Origin: Mytilus edulis
Lineage: Eukaryota
Assembly (NCBI RefSeq): GCF_963676685.1
Contig: NC_092353.1
Span: 48,980,001-49,044,000 of the forward strand
Direction: 5' to 3'
DNA: 64,000 nucleotides
Made by a program: the position numbers and the translations under genes. Below the pieces are notes generated by a model. That model was not told the DNA's origin and made no database searches. It was given only the letters and a program-made list of their open reading frames with translations. Each line of letters starts with the position of its first letter. The stretch's first letter is position 1. Below are positions 13,880 through 25,400 of the stretch, piece by piece.

Positions 13880-14705
13880 CTTTATTAAGCTGATAAAAGA
13901 TATTCTTGATCCGTAATATATTTTGATTTGTAGATACCTAAACATCATCGTACTACCTTCAAGGATGTGTCAAACATTTACTGTATGATCATTTTCAATG
14001 TATAATTAGTCCCTTGATAACAGAGTGGGACAGTTAACAAAGGATAATTAACGTTTTTATTTAAGTAAATAACATATATATGTGACAAACAAAACAAATT
14101 AACAGTAAAAAGTAAAATAATTAAAGTACCGTACTCCGAGCAAAATATAAACGAAAATTACATTAACAACTTGTGTAAGCAAACATATCAAATGAACGGA
14201 AAACAAGTGTCATATTCCTGATTTGATACATGTATTTCATTATGTAGGAACTGATGTACAAAACCTGGTTTTATATCTAGCTTAACCTTTCTCTTATATG
14301 ACAGTCGTACAAAATTAAATTATCACAAACTAACTATAACCACTTGACTGTTATAACTTTGTTGCATTCGCTATTTAAAATCTGTGTACCCCGATTTTGT
14401 TTTTTGTTCATGGATTTATGAGTTTTGAACAGCGGTATACTACTGTTGCCTTTATTTACTGGATTTTGATTATATTACAAATGATAACGTTTACTGGTCC
14501 TCGTATATATTATGTTTTATTCAAGATATATAATGGACAGTCAATTAGATGTGGTTCGTTGTCAAATTACACAGGAACAATCACAAGAACAATTTATCCG
14601 ATGGAATTAGCATCCACGGGCAGATACATGACAATATTATTCACATCTGATAATTCTATTCCCAAATCGGGATTTCGTGCAGTTATATATAAAACAAGTA
14701 ACTAG
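1849..14705 (+). CDS. Multi-exon type II membrane protein: Tyr-motif cytoplasmic tail - TM - 7(-8) EGF-like repeats - CUB (gene 1)
   Basis: Exons with AG/GT boundaries and compatible phases: 1849-2188 (ends phase 1); EGF exons 3544-3627, 4945-5052, [5424-5531 donor lost], 6332-6442, 7583-7690, 8957-9064, 9439-9546, 10344-10454 (all phase 1-1); CUB exons 12327-12478 (1-0) and 14526-14705 (stop TAG). AATAAA at 14711. Confidence 0.8.
2334..2674 (-). mobile_element. Solo 3'-end fragment of the Naiad/PLE element
   Basis: Near-identical to 17906-18246 (aaattgagaatggaaatggggaatgtg...). Confidence 0.85.
3544..3627 (+). CDS. EGF-like exon 1 (shortened variant)
   Basis: TPCTGCGVLNGTFHCLCECGFSGSLCE. 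tattAG acceptor, GTAAGC donor. 24-nt in-frame deletion relative to 7583-7690. Confidence 0.6.
4945..5052 (+). CDS. EGF-like exon 2
   Basis: TPCTGRKCFNGGSCEVLDEMFHCSCKPGFSGHLCE; tttcAG...GTAATT; 108 nt. Confidence 0.85.
5424..5531 (+). pseudogene. EGF-like exon 3, probable pseudo-exon
   Basis: TPCTGINCLNGGSCEVLNEIFHCSCESGFSGRLCE is intact, but the donor reads ATAAAC instead of GT and the acceptor (gaAG) is weak. Confidence 0.65.
6332..6442 (+). CDS. EGF-like exon 4
   Basis: TPCTGFKCLNRGSCEVLNGTFHCACDSGFSGRRCEN; tttcAG...GTAAGG; 111 nt. Confidence 0.85.
6721..7570. repeat. Dispersed repeat family B
   Basis: Starts aatagatataggaagatgtggtgtgagtgccaatgagacaactctcc. Related copies at ~10764-11160, ~24153-24292, ~56427-56800, and inverted at ~45915-46020, ~51600-51735, ~60110-60172, ~61965-62395. 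Confidence 0.8.
7583..7690 (+). CDS. EGF-like exon 5 (duplicate of exon 1)
   Basis: TACTGLKCLNGGSCGVLNGTFHCLCESGFSGSLCE; tttcAG...GTAAGC. Confidence 0.85.
8957..9064 (+). CDS. EGF-like exon 6 (duplicate of exon 2)
   Basis: TPCTGRNCLNGGSCEVLDEMFHCSCKPGFSGHLCE; tttcAG...GTAATT. Confidence 0.85.
9439..9546 (+). CDS. EGF-like exon 7 (duplicate of exon 3)
   Basis: TPCTGINCLNGGSCEVLNEIFHCSCKPGFSGHLCE; weak gaAG acceptor, GTACAA donor. Confidence 0.65.
10344..10454 (+). CDS. EGF-like exon 8 (duplicate of exon 4)
   Basis: TPCTGFNCLNRGSCEVLNGTFHCACDSGFSGLRCEN; tttcAG...GTATGG. Confidence 0.85.
12327..12478 (+). CDS. CUB domain, N-terminal exon
   Basis: IITSPGYPSNYNDNTYKLWHIDV...IRITFTQFELEDEYDLVK matches the CUB motifs (SPGYP.NY, W.I, F..F.LE, D.V). 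acAG...GTAAGT. Confidence 0.85.
13837..13874. repeat. (GT)n microsatellite
   Basis: About 19 uninterrupted TG units. Confidence 0.95.
14526..14705 (+). CDS. CUB domain, C-terminal (last) exon
   Basis: IYNGQS...STGRYMTILFTSDNSIPKSGFRAVIYKTSN* (CUB S.G..M.I.F.SD.S...GF motif). Phase 0 matches the upstream exon. Confidence 0.85.
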   Translation: MYNGQSIRCGSLSNYTGTITRTIYPMELASTGRYMTILFTSDNSIPKSGFRAVIYKTSN

Positions 14706-14927
14706 ACGCTAATAAACTGGTTTTCGCCAGATCAGGCAAATACACGAATTGTTCAATTCATTGATCATGTTGATGCTTAGAGTTAGAGATTCTATTTATA
14801 AAAAAAAAATGGTTTAATCTTCTTACAACAATTGCGGGTTTAAGCATACATGTAACATGAATTGTAAATTGTATATACTTAAAGCCAACTCTCAATTTGT
14901 ATTTCTTATGATTGGACTTCCTAAGGA

Positions 14928-14951
14928 TTATATATATATATATATATATAT
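14928..14951. repeat. (TA)n microsatellite
   Basis: About 11 TA units downstream of the gene 1 stop. Confidence 0.9.
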
Positions 14952-17007
14952 TAATAAGTCGAAAATAAATTTGATATATATTTTAGAATGAAAGCCGTTC
15001 CTAGACGACAGTTTCTTATTTTAAATAAAAAAAATTGTAAAAAAAAGTATCAAAATTGGATTTGCATCTTTCTATCAAAGTAACTATTTACGTACTCCTA
15101 CCAACAAAATGTATTTTTCCTTATTGGGCAGTTTGTTTTAATACTATAACATATTGTTATCTAAGTCTTATATTGGTGTTATTAGTATATTTTTAAGTTT
15201 GTTGGGTCTGCAGTCAGAAATACGAGAAGCTGATGACAAAATCTTTTTAAAAATGAATCAATTCAACAAAAGACCAGTTCTTGCGGACAATACTACTAGA
15301 CGAAATAGTCTGACTTTAATACGATCCACTAATTTTTTTAAATTTATACCACCTGTTTTGTACAGTTATCTATTGACACTCCACTTTCGTGTCATTCAAT
15401 ATGAATCACCATAAGTTTCACAAAATGGCACAATATCCAAAACAGGGGCGAAATATACCGGAGGGACAGTCAATCTCATAGATTGAGAGGAAAAAAACTG
15501 ACAACGTCATGGCTAAAAAATAAAAAGACAAGTAGACAAATAATAGTACACAAGACATAACATAGAAAATTAAGACTAAGCAACACAAATCCCACCCAAA
15601 ACGGGGTTGATATCAGGTGCTCCTGAAGGGTAAGCAGATCATTTTCCACATATGGCACCCGTGTGTTACTTATGTTATTACAATACAATACAATATGCTT
15701 TTTTTTTAAAACACTCCGTCACATTGACATATGAAATAAGAGTTAAATTACAAAATACAATCACATACAATTAAATAAATAAATAAATAAAAATCCGGTA
15801 AATAGTAGTTCGGTAGGTCACATTCGTGGAAAGTGAAGGGTATTGTAGTTACGACATACAGTTTATTTTTGCATACTCTGTGTTACAATCATATTGCAGG
15901 AAAACTTGAATTTTTTCCGGAGCATAAAATGCATTAACATTTATTTGTCTAGTTTCAGCAATTTTCCATTTGTCCAATTTTTTCTGATGAACCTTAGCAC
16001 TTACCTTTCCTAGAATTATCGTAATATAAAAAAAATGTTGCAAATAAAACAACCATTAACTAAACTAAACTAGTGAATGTTAGCAACACATGGCCTTTAA
16101 AAACAATGATATCAGATTTTGTTTACCCTTTCAAACCCTTATAGGTGTAATTGATTAATGTAATATTCTCAAACGGTATCGTTTTTTCTTTTAACGAATC
16201 AGAGATTTCATGTTTTATAAACATAAAAATAAGTCCAAATTTCCAGCAAAATAGCATGCAGCCGAATCAATTGGCTCGATACTGTTGTGATCCTTTAATA
16301 TTATTTTGGGACATTATTGGGAATAATAATTTCATAAATGAATATCCTGTTTGGCTGAAAATTAAAAAAAAAATCTTACCTTTGATTACAAGGAATAATC
16401 TACCCGATCACATGATGCTACTAATTTTGGTCAAATTTGAAATGGAGTTTCGAGCGAGATTTTCAATCAGATAACTATATTAAAAAATCAGATATAAAAG
16501 AAAATTTGATCCCCAACCAACATCAAATAGTCGCACAATGTTATATAGTAATTGTTTATATTTTTTGTTTATATTTTGTTTTATGTTGTTTGCATACACC
16601 ATATACATATTATTGTCCGTTCTGTTTTTTCCTTCCAAATATTACATTTTTATGTAATATATACTAGCTAAATTATGCTTAATGTTTTGTGTACCGTTAG
16701 TCAATTATAGCTAATTAGTCTTTGAAATACACAGAGTTTTTCGCAAGTTTCTCGCTACATTGAAGACTCATTGGTGGCCTTCTGCTGTTGTCTGCTCTAT
16801 GGTCGGGTTGTTGTTGCTTTGACACATTCCCCATTCCCTTTCTTAATTTTATACATTAATAATTTAATTTTGGATGTAACGCGTCTTCTGATTGGCTGAC
16901 GTTATTTTGTTATGAGCCCATAGACATAATTTGGTCATATGACCGTGACGTTATCAACCTTTTTTCGTGGTTTTCTACGGTTTAAAATGGAATTTAGAAT
17001 TAAATTA

Positions 17008-17163
17008 TAAGAAATGACTGTAATATGTTTTCTGTCTATTCGAAATAAACATAAAAAATGTGGTGCACACTGTTAAATAACCCGTTACGCGCGTTATTCA
17101 GTGTGCACCAATTTTTTTATGTTATTTCTTCATAGACAGAAAATATATTACGGTCATTCCTTA
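17008..17163. repeat. Imperfect palindromic MITE-like hairpin
   Basis: taagaaatgactgtaatat...ggtgcacactg...aataac pairs with gttatt...cagtgtgcacc...atattacggtcattcctta. Confidence 0.7.
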
Positions 17164-18426
17164 AAGGACAAAAGACAAGGTTTGAAAAGAGGCGTTTTTG
17201 GCCCCTTGCCAAATAAGTTTATATATACATCATTGATAGCCTTAGTTAGAAACTATTCAAAACTATGATTTTTTATGTTTCGGTGAAAGGAAGGTTGCCT
17301 AGCAACGGTTATATTAAATAGCCAAATTATCACTTATGCATTGTTTTCTCATTACACATTAGCATATCAAAATAGTATTGTTTGTTTAACAATAACTTGA
17401 GGTTACAAATGAGGAGTCACTTCAATTTCAGTTTAAAAAATGGTAAGCAACAACCTAGCAACAAAAAAATTGCCTACAACGGTTAAAAAAATTGTAATTT
17501 CTACCGTAGTAAAAAAAATCCAATAAAAACGTTGAATGTAAAAGATATGAACCTCTAAAGTCTTATATTATAGGACTCATGTTTTTCAAACAAATAATGT
17601 TGATCAATTATGTTATGGTAATTTTAATAAACATTTATTGATTACATAATATCGAGTTGTTCCAACGATACACTTGTCGGTGTGTTCGATCATACGAATT
17701 TACCGACATTCATACAGACAAAATTACCCAACTTTGAAAAATTCTTGTGACGAAACTGCATTTCGGAACACGTTAAAAATTAGATACTCAAAAAGTTACA
17801 TTGTTAATGTTTGATATATATATTTAAAAAAAAACAAATATGCAGTCAAATCCGGCAGTTTTTTTAAACACCCCTATGTTGAACAACAGATTGTTCAATT
17901 AACATAAAATTGAGAATGGAAATGGGGAATGTGCCAAAGAGACAACAACCCGACCATAGAAAAAAAACAACAGCAGAAGGTCACCAACAGGTCTTCAATG
18001 TAGCGAGAAATTCCCGCACCCGGAGGCGTCCTTCAACTGGCCCCTAAACAAATATATACTAGTTCAATGATAATGAACGCCATACTAATTTCCAAATTGT
18101 ACACAAGAAACTAAAATTAAAATAATACAAGACTAACAAAGGCCAGAGGCTCCTGACTTGGGACAGGCGCAAAAATGCGGCGGGTTTAAACATGTTTGTG
18201 AGATCTCAACCCCACCCCTATACCTCTAGCCAATGTAGAAAAGTAAACGCATAACAATACGCACATTCAAATTCAGTTCAAGAGAAGTCCGAGTCTGATG
18301 TCAGAAGATGTAACCAAAGAAAATAAACAAAATGACAATAATACATAAATAACAACAGACTACTAGCAGTTAACTGACATGCCAGCTCCAGACTTCAAAT
18401 AACTGACTGAAAGATTATGATTTCAT

Positions 18427-18489
18427 CATATGAACATCAGGCACAATCCTTCCCGTTAGGGGTTTAGTATCATACCATCATAACATATA
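18427..18489 (-). promoter_or_regulatory. SECIS element (eukaryotic, form 2) in the PLE 3' UTR
   Basis: Minus strand: auaug uu AUGAU gguaugau acu AAA ccc cuaac ggg a agg auugugcc UGAU guu cauau. Shows helix I, the AUGA/UGA quartet, an ~11 bp helix II, apical AAA and a mini-stem. Confidence 0.78.
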
Positions 18490-18542
18490 TGAGAAGAACA
18501 TAACCCGTGTCATGCCAACAACTGGTTTTTGAATAAATGTGT

Positions 18543-20366
18543 TTAGTTCCGATGCAAAGACCCTATAAGTGAATCAATATAAACGACAAAATATGCAATC
18601 TTTAATGACCTGACAACAGTATCGTAACTATATCCCTTCTTAATAAGTCTATTCAAAGGTTTTGTTAGTTTTTGAGGTGAATACTGACACCTTTGTGCTT
18701 TATAAAGAATATTTCCATAAACATTGGGTGTGAAATACCTGAACGTATAAGAAGTCTGCATGTTGAGCTATATTTACGAATGATGTCCTTATACCGATGA
18801 TAAAATTTAGTAAATGTTTTGGCTAGTTTGTGATATCGAAAACCCTGGTGTAATAATTTTTCAGTAATACATAAATTTCTCTCGTTAAAATCTAAAACAT
18901 TGTTACATACACGAGCGAATCGTACAAGTTGAGATATAAAAACACCGTAAGATGGTGACAAGGGAACGTCACCATCTAAAAATGAATAATTAACGATAGG
19001 AAATGAAAAGTCATCTCTTTTATCATAAATTTTAGTATTCAGCTTCCCGTTAGTGATATAGATATCAAGATCGAGGAAAGGGCAGTGGTCATTGTTAGTA
19101 TTAGCTTTATTTAAAGTCAACAGGATAAATTTCTTTAATATACATACTGAAGTCGTCATTATTGAGAGCCAAAATATCATCCAAATATTTAAAAGTATTA
19201 TTAAATTTGTTTATCAGATGTTGTTACGATGGGTCTTTGCTTATTTTTGTCATAAATTGTAACTCATAGCAATACAAAAACAGGTCCACAATAAGTGGTG
19301 CACAATTAGTCCCCATTGAAATTCCGATAATCTGACGATATACGGAATCCCCAAAGCGAACAAAAATGTTATCTAGTAAAAATTCAAGGGCATATATAGT
19401 ATCAAAGCATGTCCAATTGACATAGTTTTTTTGTTTATTGCTACTAAAAAATGACCTAAAAGAGTTTGAACATATATAGTCACATTCTGACTTTTTAAAT
19501 GCCCATTTAATTAGGTGTGTGAATTTTTTCTTAATGAGAATGTGAGGCAATGTGGTATACAGGGTAGAAAAATCAAAACTTTGAACAGATTTAAAATCAC
19601 CAATATAAGCATGCAATTTATCAAGTGCTTCCAACGAGTTCTTGACACTCCAAAAGTAATTAATTCCACTATTTTCGAAGGCCTTATTTGAACAATTTAT
19701 TATCAAGTTTTTAATTGTACCAAGTGTGCTGGTAAGAAGAATAGACAATTTAGTAGTGGAACAATGGCTTGAGGACAAAATAAATCTATATTTGTAAGGT
19801 GTTTTGTGTAGCTTCGGAAGCCAGTACATAGTTGGGACTTTCATTGTATTTGGCTCTGCTTGTAAAGCGGTAGCTAAAAGTTTATGTTTGTTACAGATAT
19901 CGTTTTCTGAAAATGGAGTCAGTTGGAATGTTGGTGAATTGGTGATTTCTTTTTTCAGAACCTCAATGTAAAATTTACGTCAAACAATAATAATATTATT
20001 AGCAGCTTTATCGGCCGGGACAAAAACAAATTTCTTGGCTAGTTCTTTTAGTTTATGTTTGATACGAGAAATAGGTTTTTTGTGGTTATTGTTAATAGTA
20101 AAATGTTCTTTAAAATGTTGAATACGTATATCAACTATCTTCATTACTGAATTAAAAAAAGAGTCCAAAGATTTTTTGTCAGCTTTTTCCCGTTTTATCC
20201 ATTTCATACAGTAAGTATGGAGTGAGACGTAGATGATATTACGACACTCATTCCAATTAATAATTGACGGGGGACGATATTTAGGTCCTTTACTGAGGAA
20301 TGATTTTAACTCTCGGTCTTGAACGATGTTAAGATCTCCTGTTATAACATGGGAAATGGGTCCATA
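18543..20366 (-). pseudogene. PLE reverse transcriptase (disrupted; in-frame UGA candidate Sec at 19980-19982)
   Basis: One reading frame runs from 20366 through TGA (19980-82) to TAA (19224-26). Frameshifts at ~19120 and ~18720. Stop at 18543. Confidence 0.85.
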
Positions 20367-22350
20367 ACAGCATGTTTGACAATTATAAATTCTATATTAA
20401 CAAATTAAGCTTTAACATATACTTTACTTTTAGTGATGATAGAAGTTAAATAATGGTTTTGTGTTTTAAGAGATATCCATGCCTATGCATATCGGTTTTT
20501 GAGCGTAAATTGTCTTCCCATTTTTTTGACCTTTTCTATCTCTTTCATAAGAAGACTTACTTTTCTATTGTTCTAGTGTGACTGGAAATCCCACTGCTAA
20601 GGTGAATATTGATTACGGAAATTACTATAATAGTAAAAAGCCAGGTGAAAAACTAAACTTGACCGAAACAAGCCGTTGGTTTCATTCGTCAAAACTATTC
20701 TTTTGAATAGCCTAATATGTTGAATCAATTGTCATTTCAACTTGGAGGAAGTGGAACATGTATATGGTTATAAATGATGAACAATATGTTCAGAAACTGA
20801 GATATGATACCGTCATGTTCACGTTTTCCATTTAACTTCATATGCAGGTGTATACAATGAAGGCAATAATAGTATACCGTTGTTCGCAGTCATAAATCTA
20901 TTGGGAAAAAACTAATCACAGTAACAAACTAAAATTGAGGGAAACACATCAACTATAAAAGGAAAACAACAAAACCACAGAGACACTGAAGTGCAACAAC
21001 AAATCAAACGACAATGCAGCACACACAAAAAAGAACTGCCATTTTCTTGACTTGGTATAGGACATTTTAAGAAAAATGTCGGAAGGAATTTGGTTTTGTG
21101 ATTACAAAACCTCCCGCTATTATGGCAATCTTAATATAACACAAAAATGACAACATTACATGAAAGGACTACAGTTAAAAGAATAGAACACACTTGACAA
21201 TTAACTATTACAAAATAGACAAAATCAAAGTCATTCATCTTTAGACGTATTGTCAGTAACCTGTTACGGAAGATGTTTGTTACAATAGTCCCCTTCCCCC
21301 CCCCCCCCAAAAAAAAAAGCTTACTGAATAAGACTTATCATTAAGTTTGTACCAATATGAGTGACACAATGGGGGCTGAATATAAGCAATCGCATACCCT
21401 TCAAGAGCAACCAGTTTGTTGTGGGGTTCGTGTTGTTTGGTCTTTAGTTTTAAATGTTTTTTTATACAATGTTGTTTGTCTGTTAGGACTTCTATCTTTA
21501 ACCCATGGCGTTGTCAATTTGTTTCTTACTTCTAATTTCGAATGTCTATTTGGTATCTTCTGTCTCCTTTTAACTATACTTGTTAAAACAGTTATTCTAA
21601 GAATATATGTATTTATATTTTAATAAGCTTCTGAATACATCAAGGTTTATTGCATTCAAGAAATAGAAACATTCAGATTAAATTCTATTTAACTTAAAAT
21701 GAGTTGCATCTGTTATCAAAAATAGTATCGCAGGTTGAATGTCACGTCAGAATGCTGAAACCAGTACAGCAACAAAATTTGAACTAAATATTTCGAGTTT
21801 CATGATTCATATATCCAAGTAAATTAAAAAAAAAAGAAGGATATAACAGATACAGGTTAGTTTGTCTCTAGTCTTGACTTAAATCTAGAAATTGACAATA
21901 AGAGTCGGTAAATAACAACAACAATGAGTGACAATAGATGTAAGTTCAGCTTCCGAATCCTGCAGCGCCTACAAATGCATTATATTACACCAAGTGCATA
22001 GGATATTCCAATTCTTTAATTTTCTATCACGATTTTCTTGCTAGAGGTTACTACCTACGAGGAAGCTTTAAATACAAGAGGTCCAATTGGTAAAACTGAA
22101 AAAAAGAATATGTATAAACAACACCAACAAACGATAACAACTGAATAACAGGTTCCTAATGTAGGACAGGTTCAAAAAAATGCAGCGGGTGTAAACATAT
22201 TAAAGACACCAACCTTCTCTCTAACATAATACTGTAGCGTAACATTACAACATACATCGACATGTTATAAAATATCAATTGAAATGGACCAACCCGATCA
22301 AAACGACATTTAAAAAAAAACCGCGGAAACATACAATGAATGATTAAGTG

Positions 22351-22453
22351 ATATAGATACAATGGATAAGCGTTTATTCTTGAAAAAGAAACCATGAGCC
22401 CGGATGGCGAATGGTTTGTTTTTCATGAATTAACGCTTATCCATTGTATCTAT
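22351..22453. repeat. Inverted repeat / hairpin MITE-like
   Basis: tatagatacaatggataagcgtt...aaaccat pairs with atggttt...aacgcttatccattgtatctata. Confidence 0.75.
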
Positions 22454-25400
22454 AATTTAAACTATTGTGTTAATGCTATTTAAAAAATAAAGACTATACG
22501 TAATTAGAAGGTATTGTAAGTCAGTTTAAATAACCATGTAATCGTGTCAAACGATCCATTACAATAAATAAAATATCACAATTACATGCTTAAAAAATAC
22601 AAATATATTATAATACAACACGCCTGCCCATAAAGATCTTCATACTATCAGGCATCTGAATATTGTATGATTTTACAAAATAATATATATTCGAACTTAT
22701 ATCTATCAGAATTGAAAATGGAAATGAAGAATGTACGTGTCAAAGGGAACACAACCCGACATAGAACATACATATAGTGCATTTCAAAAGTATTCCAATT
22801 ATTTTTTAACAAAAAGTCTTATTCTAGACACAACACGATTTTCAAACATAGGAATTTGCGAATTAACAGTTGTAAACTTATGTAGTAAAACAGATAAAAT
22901 CATATTATATTAATTCATATAAAAGAAGAGCCAACAATAATCCGATAATAAACGAGCAAACTCGCTTTTATTACACAAAATATCCACAATAAAACAAAAA
23001 CTAGAAAACTAGTTAATATGGACAACAAAGAGAATTCAGGGGTTCGAACCTAAACAGACAAGTTCGTACCTTAATCTCATCTATCTTAACCATTTTTTTT
23101 TATATCTTTATTATATATCTTAACCATGATACCTCATGGCTACCAATTCATACTAAACATTTCCCTATTTTGTGAATATTAAGGTAAGGCCCTGTATGTA
23201 TGTTGTACCGATGTATGTCATATATTCATTTATATATATAAAATAGACATTTAAATCGTAACCGATTGGTAGCCCAGAGGTTTCGTCGATATGTTGATGT
23301 CAGTATCACGAAACAGAATTCATGGACGGGTTCGACTCCCAGTTAAGGTATATAGAAATTACAAAAATAAAAGGTAAGTTTTTAAATCACTTCCGTTAGT
23401 GAACAGAAATCAGTAAATTAGTCTATTCAAACATAATGAAATTAGTCAAACAAAGAAAACAGAAGAATATAATATCGTGAGTCCATTTCAGCGACAGATT
23501 TAGGAATCGTTGATTCTAGAAAAAGAATCCATGGTAAATGAATAGGCTGACGTCACGTCACCACAAGGGTTTAAGTTTGATCTATGACACAATACAAATA
23601 CTATATTAATAAAAACTAAAAAAGATATAGAAACATTGTCAAAAAACCCTATTCTTACCTGGGACAATATGGTGTTAAATAAAATAACTTAAACAAGTAA
23701 ATTTAAATATAGTTTTGATGTTAGGAGTACTGAAGTAAATACTGTTTACATAACTAATTACTTTGCTGTTCATAATACGAATCCAGAAGTCATCATTTCG
23801 TCGATTTCATCTTTGGTATATTTGTTGTTGGAATCAGTATGGTTATGCACAAAGTAACATTTTTCATGACTTAGACAGGGACTTTTTATCTAACTTTCGC
23901 ATTTTTGTAAAAGAAAAGGTCCGTTTTACATGTTTGATGAAACGATGAGCTCTATCTATATTTAGCTATCGGTAGAAAATCTACATAAAAGAATCTACTC
24001 TTTCTCAAAATTTTAAAGGAGTTTATGGTTAAAATTGACGAAATATTCTGCATCGTGACGAGATTGTCATTTTAAATTTACGTTTAAACAATGTATTTTC
24101 CTTAAATGCATTGATGTGCAAACCAATTGAAAAATATTGATGCACTTCACTTCAATAGATATAAGGATATGTGGTATGAGTGCCAATGAAACAACTCTCC
24201 ATCCAAGTCACAATTTATAAAAGTAAACCATTATATGTCAAGGTACGGTCTACAACACGGAGCCTAGGCACACACCGTACAGCAAGCTATACAGGGGGGT
24301 TTTAACTTTCATCACTGACTCTTATTTGTGGAATGTAAGTCCAAAAAAAGGTGCATAAGATATATTTCTGTTTGAAGTTATTTCTTATTGGTGGATATCT
24401 CTGTTTGCTGACTTTTGGTTCCAATAAATAAAAGTTTTAAAATGGTCGTTTCTGCTGTTTATAACTGTTTGAAGTATTTAATGAATTTATATGAATATAT
24501 ATTTAAAATTATCAATCCTACGAAGTCAAATGTTGGGTGAACGAGGAGAGGTTTTTGAATATTAGCTAATAAAGGAAATATCAAGTAAAGCAATCATGTT
24601 TGAACTAACAAGAGCAACACGATGCATAGTTTTATGAGAACAAACTATTTATCTATCCATGTATCATACTTGGGGCAGGATCTGTTTACCCTTCCGGAGC
24701 CCCTGCGATTTTTAGCGTTTCGCAGCCTTTAGTTATCAATGTTGTATTTTGTGTTCTGTTATTTGTCTTTTCGTCATTCTTGTTTTTGCCATGGTATGGT
24801 CAGTTTACTCTTGAGTCCGAATATCCTTTTAGTAGTTTTCGTCTCCCATTTGAATTAGTTATTTTTAAGACTAATTTTCAGAATTTACAGTGTTTAATTC
24901 TTCGATTTAGTTATGAATATGACCTTTCAAGTGCAACCTTATAAAACACTCGTCTTGTCTTTCAAATTTCAAGAAGGTATCTTGTTTTATCTTTTGTATC
25001 CAGTTAGGTTAACATTAATTCCAAATCGTTTCCCCTTTAACATTGTGTACATTCTTGAGAATTTTAATCTGACAAAATTGGAAAGTATAATATTCCATAG
25101 TTTGTTGGTAGGTTTTGTGTATTAATTTAAGGTAACTTTTGTCAATTGAATTCAAATTCTCTTTTTAGCTGCATTTCATACTTTCGGTTTTTTTTTAAAG
25201 ATAACTTCAAAAATACTCATAACGGTACGTTTCACCACCTTGATACTTTAATTTCACGATTCTACATTACTTTGTATTATTTCCTTTTCAAATAATTTTG
25301 CATTTGAATTTAAAGTTTGTTCTGTAACTTAGATTTTGTAAAGGTATATAAATTTACTTTAAATACTTTAAAAAAAAAAAAGCTTTCCGAAACACTATGG

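Larger units (their letters stand above)
17906..20366 (-). mobile_element. 5'-truncated Penelope-like retroelement, Naiad-type (RT at the C-terminus)
   Basis: Motifs HVITGDL...KGPKYR, PADKAANN, MYWLPKLHK, FDFSTLYT, GISMGTNCAP, YLDD, FLDLDI, YDKRDDF. No GIY-YIG domain follows the RT. The ~630 bp 3' UTR is repeated elsewhere in the window. Confidence 0.88.

Noticed and set aside
17161-20547. TTAA-type DNA transposon enclosing the Naiad insertion
   Set aside because: The end similarity is too weak to define TIRs or a TSD by eye.
23310-23345. tRNA gene (GGTTCGACTCCC)
   Set aside because: Only a T-arm/B-box-like motif is present; I could not build a cloverleaf or find an A box.
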